A DNA stretch of 41,770 nt, taken from positions 1-41,770 of the forward strand of contig MHXE01000001.1 in assembly GCA_001824375.1 (NCBI GenBank), in the 5' to 3' direction. The DNA comes from Parcubacteria group bacterium RIFCSPHIGHO2_02_FULL_40_12. Lineage in GTDB: Bacteria > Patescibacteriota > Minisyncoccia > 2-02-FULL-40-12. This document shows positions 25,546 through 34,469 of this stretch, in pieces. The notes below the pieces were generated by a model, which saw only the letters and a list, made by a program, of their open reading frames with translations, did no database searches and was not told the origin of the DNA. Numbering within the stretch: the first letter of the stretch is position 1; each line of letters begins with the position of its first letter. Made by a program: the position numbers and the translations under genes.

Positions 25546-25592
25546 TCCTTCCCCGACCCCGGCGGCCCGATGAGAAAAATTGCTTTAGGCAT
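25546..25592 (-). pseudogene. duplicated 5' fragment of adk (MPKAIFLIGPPGSGK)
   Basis: About 45 nt align to 24998-25048 with a few, mostly synonymous, differences. Homology ends after GGGAAGGA. Confidence 0.8.
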
Positions 25593-25624
25593 TAAATAAA
25601 CAATAACAGAACAATTTATATAAA

Positions 25625-25860
25625 AAAGTCGCCGGCATCTCGCGATGAGACGCCGACGGCAGGATCACTCCGACAGTTCTGGCGGCGGCCGATAGCCCAG
25701 AAACATCTGCCGCTCGGCAATTCTTCGCAAAGATACCGGCCATTTCCTAGGACGACTACCCGACTCATAAATTGATACGCCTCGCCGCTTTCCCTCGGGC
25801 TTCGCCGGACACAATTCTGATTGGGGACGGAATCTAGATAAAGAAAGGGCATATGCCCGA
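25625..25860 (-). ncRNA. candidate GC-rich structured RNA or foreign non-coding insert between secY and adk'
   Basis: About 55% GC in an AT-rich genome. It starts with the GGGCATATGCCC hairpin after the secY stop and contains multiple helices. It ends in a GUCGGCGUCUC/GAGAUGCCGGCGAC stem plus U6. The overlapping ORFs have non-protein-like composition. Confidence 0.4.
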
Positions 25861-25863
25861 GCT

Positions 25864-27123
25864 TTAATATTCATACATCGAGAGTTGGCTCTCCACTTGC
25901 TTCATCACATCCAACGCCACTGAAACAACGATAAGCAAAGAAGTGCCGCCCAAAGTGATGGCGGAAATCCCTGTGAATCCTTGGACGATGGACGGTAAAA
26001 TCGCAATCAAGCCGAGAAAGACCGCTCCGACAAGGGTTATCCGGTTTAACAAATGACTTAAGAATTGAGACGTGCTCGGACCTGGTCTAATGCCGGGAAT
26101 ATACCCGCCTTGTTTCTGGATATTTTCCGAAATTGATTTAGGATCAAAAGTAATCGCAGTATAAAAATAAGTGAAGCCGACGACTAAAACAAAGTATAAA
26201 AATCCGTAAATCAATTGATTGGTCAAAAAACGGTTGAACACTTCGGCTAAATTAGAAAGAAAAACGATCTTTGAACCGACAAAAAAGTTAGCGATCATCC
26301 CCGGAAAAAGCAAAATAGACAAAGCAAAGATTATGGGAATCACGCCTGCCTGATTGACCCGCAAAGGCAAATAAGTCGAAACGCCGCCATACATTTTGAA
26401 TCCGCGCACCCTCTTGGCATAGTTTATCGGAATCTGCCGCTGGGCTTCGGTAATATAAACTACCCCGCTGATTATGATTACCGCTAAAATAATATAACCG
26501 ACATAAGTAAAGAGTTGGCTTGGATCATAACCGAAATAAAGCTGTCTGATTGCCTGCGGGCCTGAAGCAACAATGCCGGCGAAAATCAAAAGAGAAATTC
26601 CATTACCTAAGTTCTTTTCCGAAATCAATTCCCCCAGCCACATCACAAATACTGTACCGGCGCTCACTACAATCAAGGAAACCAACCATTGATTCAGGGA
26701 TAAAGTGCCGATAATGCCCTGCCTAGAAAGTATAGTTAAAAAACCAAAACCCTGAAGCAAGGCCAAAGGAACAGTAAGGATGCGAGAATACTGGTTGAAT
26801 TTCTGCCTGCCGGCCTCGCCTTCATGTTTATACATTTCCTCAAGCTGGGGGAAAATCATCGTCAAAAGCTGCATGATGATCGAAGCGGTGATATACGGGC
26901 CGACCCCCAGCATTATGATGGAAAGGGTTTCAAGACCGCCGCCGGTAAATAAGCTTATCAATCCGAAAAGCTGGTTTTGGGCAAAAAACTGGGCTAACCG
27001 GCTTGAATCAATCCCTGGGACAGGAATCGCGGCCATCACCCGGAAAATAACCAAAAGCCCCAAGATAAAAAACACTCTCTTTCTTAAGTCCGGTATTTTG
27101 AAAATTTTCAAAATTTTATCCAT
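25864..27123 (-). CDS. secY: preprotein translocase subunit SecY
   Basis: 10-TM profile, conserved SecY segments and operon position. Confidence 0.95.
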   Translation of the reverse strand: MDKILKIFKIPDLRKRVFFILGLLVIFRVMAAIPVPGIDSSRLAQFFAQNQLFGLISLFTGGGLETLSIIMLGVGPYITASIIMQLLTMIFPQLEEMYKHEGEAGRQKFNQYSRILTVPLALLQGFGFLTILSRQGIIGTLSLNQWLVSLIVVSAGTVFVMWLGELISEKNLGNGISLLIFAGIVASGPQAIRQLYFGYDPSQLFTYVGYIILAVIIISGVVYITEAQRQIPINYAKRVRGFKMYGGVSTYLPLRVNQAGVIPIIFALSILLFPGMIANFFVGSKIVFLSNLAEVFNRFLTNQLIYGFLYFVLVVGFTYFYTAITFDPKSISENIQKQGGYIPGIRPGPSTSQFLSHLLNRITLVGAVFLGLIAILPSIVQGFTGISAITLGGTSLLIVVSVALDVMKQVESQLSMYEY

Positions 27124-27559
27124 TAATTTTTTGTTTCACCGCTTTTGACATTAAAACATCCTTAAATATCAGTTTTTTCTTTAATTCGCCTTTGCCTAAA
27201 ATCTTAACGCCATGCTTTGTTTTTTTAACTAATCTCTTTTCCATCAAACTTTTTGGGGAAACAATTTCTCCTTCAGAAAATCTTTTATTCAAATCCATTA
27301 AATTAACAATGTCGGGCTTTGGACGGCGAAACTGAAAACCACGGGTTTTTGCATCAACTTTTTTTGAAGCGCCTCTGGCTTTATGAAATTTTTTCCAAAG
27401 CGGCGTATCGCCCCCTCTGAATCCAGGTTTAATCCCGGCGCCGGCTCTTGATTTCTGGCCTTTCAACCCTTTGCCGGAATATGTTCCGCGTTTTCCTCCG
27501 CGGCCAACCCGCTTTATATTTTTTCTTTTAGTTGTCGGTTTAATTTCGTGAAGTTGCAT
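27116..27559 (-). CDS. rplO: 50S ribosomal protein uL15
   Basis: KRVGRGGKRGTYSGKGLKGQKSRAG. Confidence 0.95.
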   Translation of the reverse strand: MQLHEIKPTTKRKNIKRVGRGGKRGTYSGKGLKGQKSRAGAGIKPGFRGGDTPLWKKFHKARGASKKVDAKTRGFQFRRPKPDIVNLMDLNKRFSEGEIVSPKSLMEKRLVKKTKHGVKILGKGELKKKLIFKDVLMSKAVKQKING

Positions 27560-27560
27560 A

Positions 27561-28136
27561 TCATCTTACACTTTTAAGTTTTTTTAAAGCTTCCAATGTT
27601 GCTCTGGCGATATTTATTTTATTATTTGTTCTCGAAATGATTTTGCCGCTGATATCTTCAATGCCCACCAATTTGGCAATTACTCGCATTGCTCCTCCTG
27701 CCCGGACTCCGCTTCCTTTAGAGGCCGGTTTCATAAAAACGACGGCGCTGTTAACCTTTGCCTCAACCTGATGAGGGATAGTTCCTTCTTTGAAAAATAC
27801 GCTAATCAAATTTTTCTTGGCCTGCTTAAAAGCCTTGTCAACCGACTGAGCAACGTCTTTCCCCTTGCCGATTCCAAAACCAACTTTTCCAATCCTGTTT
27901 CCAATAACTATGGCCGCCCTAAAAGTGAATCTTTTACCGCCTTTGGTAACTCTGGTGACTCTGGCGATATCCAGAACTTTTTGTTCGTATTCCTGAAACT
28001 CTCTTCCATCCAACCGAGCAATGATTTCTTTCTCTAATTTGATTTCTTCCAAAACCGGTTCTTTGGGTATATTTAAAATCGGAGTCTCTGCAACACCCGG
28101 TTTAATATCGCTATTTTGATTAATAACTTTATCCAT
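27561..28136 (-). CDS. rpsE: 30S ribosomal protein uS5 (N-terminal extension)
   Basis: VTRVTKGGKRFTFRAAIVIGN...GKGKDV...GSGVRAGG. Confidence 0.95.
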   Translation of the reverse strand: MDKVINQNSDIKPGVAETPILNIPKEPVLEEIKLEKEIIARLDGREFQEYEQKVLDIARVTRVTKGGKRFTFRAAIVIGNRIGKVGFGIGKGKDVAQSVDKAFKQAKKNLISVFFKEGTIPHQVEAKVNSAVVFMKPASKGSGVRAGGAMRVIAKLVGIEDISGKIISRTNNKINIARATLEALKKLKSVR

Positions 28137-28150
28137 AAATTATGTTTTTA

Positions 28151-28510
28151 TTAAAATTTTAACCCTCCGTTTCTCGCACCATCAGCCAATGCTTTTATCC
28201 GACCGTGATATTTATAACCTCCTCTGTCAAAAACTACTTTATTTATCCCTTTTTCAACCGCCTTTTTTGCCAAAACTTCGCCCACCTTGAAAGCACTGGC
28301 TATTTTTGCTCGGGACAAAGATTCAGCCTTTGTTTCTTTAGCGTCGCTGGCGCTAAATAAGGTAATGCCTTTCATATCATCAATCAACTGGGCATAAATA
28401 TGGATACTTGAACGAAAAACCGAAAGCCGCGGCTTTTCAGCTGTTCCGCTTACGATTGCCCTCACTCTTTTATGCCTTATTTTTCTTTTTTCTTTTCTAT
28501 TTATTTTCAT
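28151..28510 (-). CDS. rplR: 50S ribosomal protein uL18
   Basis: RHKRVR...[19 protein letters not shown]...[20 protein letters not shown]. Confidence 0.95.
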   Translation of the reverse strand: MKINRKEKRKIRHKRVRAIVSGTAEKPRLSVFRSSIHIYAQLIDDMKGITLFSASDAKETKAESLSRAKIASAFKVGEVLAKKAVEKGINKVVFDRGGYKYHGRIKALADGARNGGLKF

Positions 28511-28516
28511 AAAATT

Positions 28517-29080
28517 TTATCCTGTAGTAGCTGCTTTCTTGCCGGCTTTTCGCAAAATTATTTCATCTTTATATCTTATTCCTTTGCCTTTGTATGGCTC
28601 AGGCGGTTTCACTTTTCTTATATCAGCGGCTACTTGGCCGACCAATTCTTTATCAATACCGGAAACTGTAATCTGATTTTTTTCAACCTTGAAATCTATA
28701 CCTTTAGGAGCAGGGACTTTGACCGAATGAGTAAAGCCGACGTTCAGCTCTAATATCTTGCCAGACTCAATCAAAGAATCGCTCTTCACTTCTGATTTAA
28801 AGCCAATCCCCTCATAAATCAAAACTTTTTCAAACCCGTCTTTAACTCCCTTTACCATATTATTGATTAAAGAACGATAAGTGCCCCAAAGAGCCCGAGA
28901 TTCCTTAGAATCATTTTTTGGCTTTACTAAAATTTCCCCATCCTTTTCTTCAACAATCACATTCGGGTGAAGATTTTTTGAAATTTCTCCCTTAGGCCCT
29001 TTTACTAAAATAGAATTAACGCTGATTTTTATTTCAACGTTTTCGGGAATTTTAATTGGCTGTTTGCCTATTCTGCTCAT
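28517..29080 (-). CDS. rplF: 50S ribosomal protein uL6
   Basis: MSRIGKQPIKIP...PEPYKGKGIRY. Confidence 0.95.
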   Translation of the reverse strand: MSRIGKQPIKIPENVEIKISVNSILVKGPKGEISKNLHPNVIVEEKDGEILVKPKNDSKESRALWGTYRSLINNMVKGVKDGFEKVLIYEGIGFKSEVKSDSLIESGKILELNVGFTHSVKVPAPKGIDFKVEKNQITVSGIDKELVGQVAADIRKVKPPEPYKGKGIRYKDEIILRKAGKKAATTG

Positions 29081-29123
29081 ATCTAATTTTTATTTATTAT
29101 TGATTCATACAAGACGAGTCTTG

Positions 29124-29525
29124 CTACCAAATTTCTGCTATAGCCTGACCGCCTAAACCCATTTTTTTTGCTTCTTCGCCGGTCATAATACCTTTAGAGG
29201 TGGAAAGTATCAAAATACCATAACCTTCTCTGACCGGCTTGATTTCGTTTTTATTCAAATAAATTCTCCGGCCGGGCCTTGAAATCAATTTAACATTTTC
29301 AAATAAAGGAACAGTGTCATTATATTTTAATTTCAAATCTAAAAATAACTGCTCAAAACCGGCTTTTTTGACTTTCTTTTTTTTCCTGATCGCCGAAACA
29401 AAACCTTTCTGCTCCAAAATTTTAGCCATTTCATATTTCATTTTTGAAAAAGGAATAACTACCCGGTCTTTTTTTACCAGGTAAGCATTTTTTATTCTGA
29501 TGAAAAAATCACTTATTGTATCCAT
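29124..29525 (-). CDS. rpsH: 30S ribosomal protein uS8
   Basis: DTISDFFIRIKNA...RPGRRIY...GILILSTSKGIMT. Confidence 0.95.
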   Translation of the reverse strand: MDTISDFFIRIKNAYLVKKDRVVIPFSKMKYEMAKILEQKGFVSAIRKKKKVKKAGFEQLFLDLKLKYNDTVPLFENVKLISRPGRRIYLNKNEIKPVREGYGILILSTSKGIMTGEEAKKMGLGGQAIAEIW

Positions 29526-29577
29526 GCCAATTTTGTTTGTAAACGAAGCGAACAGCTATAAAATTTAAACAAAGCCT

Positions 29578-29763
29578 TTACCATGATGATTTTTTGATTC
29601 CCGGAATCTCGCCGCGGGAGGCTAACTCCCGCAAATGAATCCGACATAAACCAAATTTCCTAATATATCCTCTTGTTCGACCACAGATAAAACAATGGTT
29701 AACATTTCTAACTTTATATTTTTGCGGTTTATTCAATCTTGCAATTAACGATTTTTTAGCCAT
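29578..29763 (-). CDS. rpsN: 30S ribosomal protein uS14 (type Z, zinc-binding)
   Basis: 61 aa, C..C...C cluster and [17 protein letters not shown]. Confidence 0.95.
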   Translation of the reverse strand: MAKKSLIARLNKPQKYKVRNVNHCFICGRTRGYIRKFGLCRIHLRELASRGEIPGIKKSSW

Positions 29764-29764
29764 A

Positions 29765-30304
29765 TCATTTCTTAATTGGAAATCCCATTAACTTCATCAA
29801 TTCTTTTCCTTCTTCTTTGGTTTTGGCCGTAGTCGTTATCGTAACCTGAAAAGGAAATATATCTTTTGACGATTCATACGCCACTTCCGGAAAAATTATC
29901 TGTTCTCTGATGCCTAAATTCAAACTGCCTTTTTGATCAAATGATTTTTCGTCAATCCCTCTGAAATCCCGCGATCTTGGCAAAGCTACTGAAATAAAGC
30001 GATCAACAAAATCATACATCCTTTTGCCGCGCAAAGTAGAAACAAAACCGACCGTCATCCCCTGTCTAACTTTAAAACCGGAAATTGACTTTTTAGCAAG
30101 TCTTGAAGCCGGCTTTTGGCCCGTGATTAAAGCAATATCCTTTTCTACCCTTTCTTTGAATTTCGGCTCGCTTATAATTTTTCCGGCTCCAATATTTATG
30201 ACCGCCTTTTCCATTTTAGGCACCATCATAATATTTTTGTAGCCGAACTTTTCCATCATCGATGGAATTATTTGCTTTCTATATTTTTCTAGTAATCGCG
30301 TCAT
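29765..30304 (-). CDS. rplE: 50S ribosomal protein uL5
   Basis: [14 protein letters not shown] is the canonical start. The first 10 codons of the track ORF overlap rplX and are probably not translated. Confidence 0.93.
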   Translation of the reverse strand: MTRLLEKYRKQIIPSMMEKFGYKNIMMVPKMEKAVINIGAGKIISEPKFKERVEKDIALITGQKPASRLAKKSISGFKVRQGMTVGFVSTLRGKRMYDFVDRFISVALPRSRDFRGIDEKSFDQKGSLNLGIREQIIFPEVAYESSKDIFPFQVTITTTAKTKEEGKELMKLMGFPIKK

Positions 30305-30315
30305 GTTAAAAAATT

Positions 30316-30621
30316 TCAATTTTCTCCCTGACATTTTTTACAAACTCTCACTGCCTTTTTATCTCCGTGTTTAATTCCCATCCTCGCTGGTTTTTTGCAG
30401 TGCCGACAAATCAGCATCACATTTGAACTATCCACTATCCTTGAAACTGAAATTGTCTCGCCCTTTTGGCCTTGTTTTTTGGGCCGGCGATGCTTCTTAA
30501 CCAAATTCAATCCTTCAACTACGACTTTGAGATCTTTTGGCAAAGACCTTAAAACTTTTCCTGTCTTCCCCCGGTCTTTGCCTGCCAACATCATTACATT
30601 GTCTCCACTCCTTAATTTCAT
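30316..30621 (-). CDS. rplX: 50S ribosomal protein uL24
   Basis: [22 protein letters not shown] (KOW motif). Confidence 0.93.
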   Translation of the reverse strand: MKLRSGDNVMMLAGKDRGKTGKVLRSLPKDLKVVVEGLNLVKKHRRPKKQGQKGETISVSRIVDSSNVMLICRHCKKPARMGIKHGDKKAVRVCKKCQGEN

Positions 30622-30989
30622 ACTAATTCTTCGGCCATTGAAGCAATGGTATTAAAACCTTTCTCCTTGACTTCTCTCGCCACCGGACCGAAAATACGGG
30701 TTGCTTTTGGCTCTTTGCCGTCAAGAATAACAACAGCATTGTCATCAAACCTAACATAAGAGCCGTCTTTTCGACGGACCGGTTTTCGCTGCCTTATTAT
30801 CAAAGCACGAACAATATCTTTCTTTTTTATTCCACTTTTTGTCCTTGGCTCTGCTTCTTTGACCGAACCAACGACTATATCGCCGACCTCGCCGTATTTT
30901 CCTTTGTGCCCTTTCAAAACTCTAATAACACCGATGACTTTAGCACCTGAATTATCAGCTACAGAAATAATACTCCTTAACTGGATCAT
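30618..30989 (-). CDS. rplN: 50S ribosomal protein uL14
   Basis: [17 protein letters not shown]...RFDDNAVV. Confidence 0.96.
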   Translation of the reverse strand: MIQLRSIISVADNSGAKVIGVIRVLKGHKGKYGEVGDIVVGSVKEAEPRTKSGIKKKDIVRALIIRQRKPVRRKDGSYVRFDDNAVVILDGKEPKATRIFGPVAREVKEKGFNTIASMAEELV

Positions 30990-31243
30990 GTTATTTTAGA
31001 AACCGCTCTCCATCTTTTATCTTTGGATAACGGTTTCGTTTCTTCGATTAAAACTCTGTCTCCGATATGATACTCATTATTTTCGTCATGGACTTTGAAT
31101 TTTTTGGTGACTTTAAAATATTTTTTGTACTTAGGATGTTTTTTTAAACGGACAATAGAAACAACAATGGTTTTTTGCATTTTATCCGACACTACTACGC
31201 CTTTTAATTTTCTGCGCTTAATTTCTGATTTATTTTCTTCCAT
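30986..31243 (-). CDS. rpsQ: 30S ribosomal protein uS17
   Basis: [18 protein letters not shown]...[13 protein letters not shown]. Confidence 0.95.
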   Translation of the reverse strand: MEENKSEIKRRKLKGVVVSDKMQKTIVVSIVRLKKHPKYKKYFKVTKKFKVHDENNEYHIGDRVLIEETKPLSKDKRWRAVSKIT

Positions 31244-31247
31244 AAAA

Positions 31248-31652
31248 TTATCGTTTTACAAACTTAGTTTTTATTGGCAGTTTATGGCCGGCTAAAATTA
31301 AAGCCTTTTTAGCTGTTTCTTCATCAACTCCGTCAATTTCAAATATAATTCTTCCGGCTTCCACTGGGGCGACAAAATGCGACAAAGCTCCGGCCCCGCC
31401 GCCCATTCCTAATTCCGGACTTCGAGCAGTTCTTGGCTTATCTGAAAAAACTCTAATCCAAATCTTGCCGCCTTTTTGAAAAATTCTGATAATAGAACGC
31501 CTTGCGGCTTCCAATTGATTCGTCTTAAGCCAGCTTGACTCCATTGCCTTTAAGCCATAAGAACCAAAAGCTAAATAAGTTCCGCGAGTGGCGGCTCTCT
31601 TCAACTTGCCCTTATGAACTTTTGGATGTTTAATCCTTCTTGGCTGTAACAT
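31248..31652 (-). CDS. rplP: 50S ribosomal protein uL16
   Basis: MLQPRRIKH...AARRSIIR...GKIWIRVF. Confidence 0.95.
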   Translation of the reverse strand: MLQPRRIKHPKVHKGKLKRAATRGTYLAFGSYGLKAMESSWLKTNQLEAARRSIIRIFQKGGKIWIRVFSDKPRTARSPELGMGGGAGALSHFVAPVEAGRIIFEIDGVDEETAKKALILAGHKLPIKTKFVKR

Positions 31653-32274
31653 TTCCTTTATAAATCCAGACCTTTACCCCCACTGTTCCATAAGTGGTAT
31701 AGGCAGTATTTTTAGCAAAATCAATATCGGCCGTCAAAGTCTGCAAAGGCATCGGGCCCTCGCCCATATGTTCAGTTCTAGCAATTTCAGCCCCGTCCAA
31801 TCGGCCCTTAAGCTCTACTTTCACTCCTTTAACTTCCCTATGCGAGGCAATTTTTAAAATAGCTTGTTTCATAATTCTTCTAAAAGAAACTCTTTTTTCT
31901 ATTCGTTCAATAATCTGTTCAGCCATAATTGCCGCTGAAGTTTCAGGGCCTTTATACTCCTGAATCTCCAATCTTACTGGCACCGAACCACCAAGCAGTT
32001 TATCAATTTCTTTCTTTAAATCATCTATTCCGGCTCCTCCTCTGCCGATAATTAATCCAGGCCTTGAAGTGTGAATAATGGCTTTTAACTGGCCGGCAGT
32101 GCGCTCAATCTCAACTTTATTTACGCTCATAAACCTAAGCTTTTTCTCCAAAAATTTTCTTATCTTAACGTCATCTTTTAAATATTTAACTAAATCGCGG
32201 TTGGCAAAATAGCGGGACCGCCAGTCCTGAGTAAACCCTAATCTCATTGAAATTGGTGATATTTTCTGTCCCAT
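31630..32274 (-). CDS. rpsC: 30S ribosomal protein uS3
   Basis: MGQKISPISMRLG...KH domain...GRLDGAEIAR. Confidence 0.95.
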   Translation of the reverse strand: MGQKISPISMRLGFTQDWRSRYFANRDLVKYLKDDVKIRKFLEKKLRFMSVNKVEIERTAGQLKAIIHTSRPGLIIGRGGAGIDDLKKEIDKLLGGSVPVRLEIQEYKGPETSAAIMAEQIIERIEKRVSFRRIMKQAILKIASHREVKGVKVELKGRLDGAEIARTEHMGEGPMPLQTLTADIDFAKNTAYTTYGTVGVKVWIYKGNVTAKKD

Positions 32275-32293
32275 GAAATTAAATTTAAATATA

Positions 32294-32842
32294 TCAGATG
32301 CTCTTTCTTCTAAATAACCTCCGACCTAAAGTCTTAATCCCTCTAAAAGACCCTTTTCGAGAAACTTTTTCTATTTCTTTCTCAGCCTTTTGTTTCTTCT
32401 CAACTTTAACTTCTTTCTTCTCCTTGCCCTCCGAAACTTTAGTGAAGGATGACTCAATTTTTGGCAGCTTCGCCAAAAGTACCTCTTTTTTCTTTCTCTT
32501 TTCCCCAAAAATTTCATCCAAGACTACTTTTATATGAGAAGTTTTCCTTTGAATCGGCATTGGCAAACCAAAACCCTTAGGCTTATATCTTTTTAATTTC
32601 ATCCCTTCATTAACAACAATTTCTTTTATGTAAAGATAATTTTTATCCAAACCAAGATTATTTTTGGCATTTGAAACGGCAGAGTTTAAAAGTTTAAGAA
32701 GTGGCTTGGATGGTTTTCTGACAAGATATTTAAGCTGAGCCTCTGCTGAATCGACATCTAATCCTTTAAGCAACTCGGCCACCGCCCTGACTTTACGAGG
32801 GGATATGTGAAGATAATTAAGTTGCGCTGATATTTTTGCCAT
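32294..32842 (-). CDS. rplV: 50S ribosomal protein uL22 (Lys/Glu-rich C-terminal extension)
   Basis: ISPRKVRAVAELLKG...MPIQRKTSHIKVVL. Confidence 0.93.
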   Translation of the reverse strand: MAKISAQLNYLHISPRKVRAVAELLKGLDVDSAEAQLKYLVRKPSKPLLKLLNSAVSNAKNNLGLDKNYLYIKEIVVNEGMKLKRYKPKGFGLPMPIQRKTSHIKVVLDEIFGEKRKKKEVLLAKLPKIESSFTKVSEGKEKKEVKVEKKQKAEKEIEKVSRKGSFRGIKTLGRRLFRRKSI

Positions 32843-32860
32843 GTTATTTTTTTGCTTCTT

Positions 32861-32913
32861 GCTCGTCGAAGGTTCCGCCGAATCGCGTTAGCGATTCGCT
32901 GCGGAATCGCTGT
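32861..32913 (-). repeat. hairpin-repeat family 2, copy 2 (spans the rpsS stop and the rpsS-rplV spacer)
   Basis: The reverse complement is ACAGCGATTCCGCA-[CGAATCGC taac GCGATTCG]-GCGGAACCTTCGACGAGC. The ends are identical to 17041-17091 and the stem covaries. Confidence 0.8.
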
Positions 32914-33238
32914 CTGGAGTTTTCGCGGCTTTCGCTGCTTCTATTTCTTTCAATTTAGCCTGAGCTTCAAGCTCTCTTTGCATTTTTCCGCCATGCCTTG
33001 TAAATCTCCTGGTTAAACTGAACTCTCCCAACTTATGGCCAACCATTTCTTCCATAATTTGAACGGGGATATGGATTTTTCCGTTATGAACTCCGATAAT
33101 AAAACCAACCATCTCCGGGGTAATAGTAGAATTTCGCGACCAAGTTTTAGTAATTGTTTTGTCGCCCGCTTTAAGATTACCCAATTTCTTGAGTAATTTT
33201 TTATCTACATATGGACCTTTTTTCAGTGATCTGGACAT
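32888..33238 (-). CDS. rpsS: 30S ribosomal protein uS19 (C-terminal extension ending inside a repeat element)
   Basis: [12 protein letters not shown]...[13 protein letters not shown]. The tail ...[10 protein letters not shown] is partly encoded by the family-2 repeat. Confidence 0.93.
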   Translation of the reverse strand: MSRSLKKGPYVDKKLLKKLGNLKAGDKTITKTWSRNSTITPEMVGFIIGVHNGKIHIPVQIMEEMVGHKLGEFSLTRRFTRHGGKMQRELEAQAKLKEIEAAKAAKTPDSDSAANR

Positions 33239-33263
33239 ATTATAATTTCTAGCGTTTTTACGC

Positions 33264-34088
33264 TTATTTCCGTCTTCTAATAATCAAATTATTTGATTTA
33301 TTTTTTCTCTTTCTTGTTTTCACTCCCCGGGCTGGTTTGCCCCAAGGAGTTTTCGGCCCAGTTAAACCTATTGGCTGGGCTCCTTCGCCTCCGCCATGCG
33401 GATGATCAACCGGATTCATTGCCGAACCTCTAACTCTTGGCCTTCGGCCAAGCCAGCGCGATCTTCCAGCTTTGCCTAAATTAATATGAATGTGCTCTGG
33501 ATTGGAAACTTGTCCGATTGAAGCCAAATTTTCAGATAGAATCATCCTGACTTCACTAGAAGGCATTTTTAATTGGGTGTATTTTCCTTCAGTCGCTAAA
33601 ACTTGGGCTGAAGAACCAGCTGAACGGACAATTTTGCCGCCTTGACCCGGATTCAATTCAACATTATGAACTAAAGTACCCTGAGGAATATACCTTAACT
33701 TCATTCTATTTCCAATTTCTATATTCCCTTTACCTGAAAAAGTTTGAATCTCATCTCCAACTTTAAGGCCGTCTGGCGATAAAATATATCTTTTTTCGCC
33801 GTCACCATAAATAATCAAAGCAATCCTGGCGCTTCGATTGGGATCATATTCAATTGTTCTAATCCGGGCTGGGATATCAATTTTGCCCTGCTTAAAATCA
33901 ATTAAACGATATAGCTTCTTATGGCCGGCCCCGCGATGCCCTGAAGTAATGCGACCGTTATTTGCCCTGCCAAAACTCTTTTTTATCTTGAAAGTTAAAG
34001 ACTTTAAAGGTTTGGCTCTGTTTAAACCGCTAAAATCATAACCGGTCATCTGCCTTCTGCTTGAAGTTGTCGGCTTATATTGTTTCAT
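33264..34088 (-). CDS. rplB: 50S ribosomal protein uL2
   Basis: [23 protein letters not shown]. Confidence 0.96.
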   Translation of the reverse strand: MKQYKPTTSSRRQMTGYDFSGLNRAKPLKSLTFKIKKSFGRANNGRITSGHRGAGHKKLYRLIDFKQGKIDIPARIRTIEYDPNRSARIALIIYGDGEKRYILSPDGLKVGDEIQTFSGKGNIEIGNRMKLRYIPQGTLVHNVELNPGQGGKIVRSAGSSAQVLATEGKYTQLKMPSSEVRMILSENLASIGQVSNPEHIHINLGKAGRSRWLGRRPRVRGSAMNPVDHPHGGGEGAQPIGLTGPKTPWGKPARGVKTRKRKNKSNNLIIRRRK

Positions 34089-34465
34089 GAGTGGGAAATT
34101 TCAATGCTAAAACCTTTTTCTAATGTAATAATTGCTTTTTTAAATCCCGATCTCCAGCCTTCAAAACGGCCAACTTGTCTTTTCTTGGCTATAACATTGA
34201 TAACTCTTATATCTTTGACCTTAACATCATATAATTTTTCAATCGCTTTCCTCACTTCAACTTTATTAGTTTTGGGAGAAACCCTGAAAACATATTTATT
34301 GCCACCCGATAAACTTACTGCCTTTTCAGTGACTATCGGCTTTTCAACTATTTTATAAAGCCCCGGATTTTTTCCTTGAGGCAACCCAAGCTTGGCCTCT
34401 TTTTTTTCGGCTTCTTTTGTTTCTTTTTTTAATTCTTCTTTTTTCTTTCCAAATAATGCGCTCAT
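34085..34465 (-). CDS. rplW: 50S ribosomal protein uL23 (N-terminal Lys/Glu-rich extension)
   Basis: [11 protein letters not shown]...YVFRV...KKAIITL. Confidence 0.9.
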   Translation of the reverse strand: MSALFGKKKEELKKETKEAEKKEAKLGLPQGKNPGLYKIVEKPIVTEKAVSLSGGNKYVFRVSPKTNKVEVRKAIEKLYDVKVKDIRVINVIAKKRQVGRFEGWRSGFKKAIITLEKGFSIEISHS

Positions 34466-34469
34466 AATT

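Noticed and set aside
25503-25592. The N-terminal 30 codons of the track ORF 25257-25592, read as a genuine P-loop-HicB fusion protein.
   Set aside because: Residues 1-15 are a duplicated adk stub. A strong promoter (25509-25537) lies inside this stretch, and the HicB homology starts at M31.
25625-25860. SRP (4.5S) RNA, tmRNA, 6S RNA or a known riboswitch as the identity of the GC-rich block.
   Set aside because: I could not find the SRP domain IV consensus (GGUCCGGAAGGAAGCAGC-like), tRNA-like tmRNA termini, or the B12, TPP, ZTP, fluoride or hammerhead core motifs by eye. 6S cannot be excluded without folding.
25616-25874. The 78-aa and 69-aa ORFs in the secY-adk spacer, as protein-coding genes.
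   Set aside because: No RBS. One overlaps the secY 3' end. Their Arg/Cys/Ser/Pro-rich composition is unlike real proteins. The region is better explained as structured RNA or a non-coding insert.
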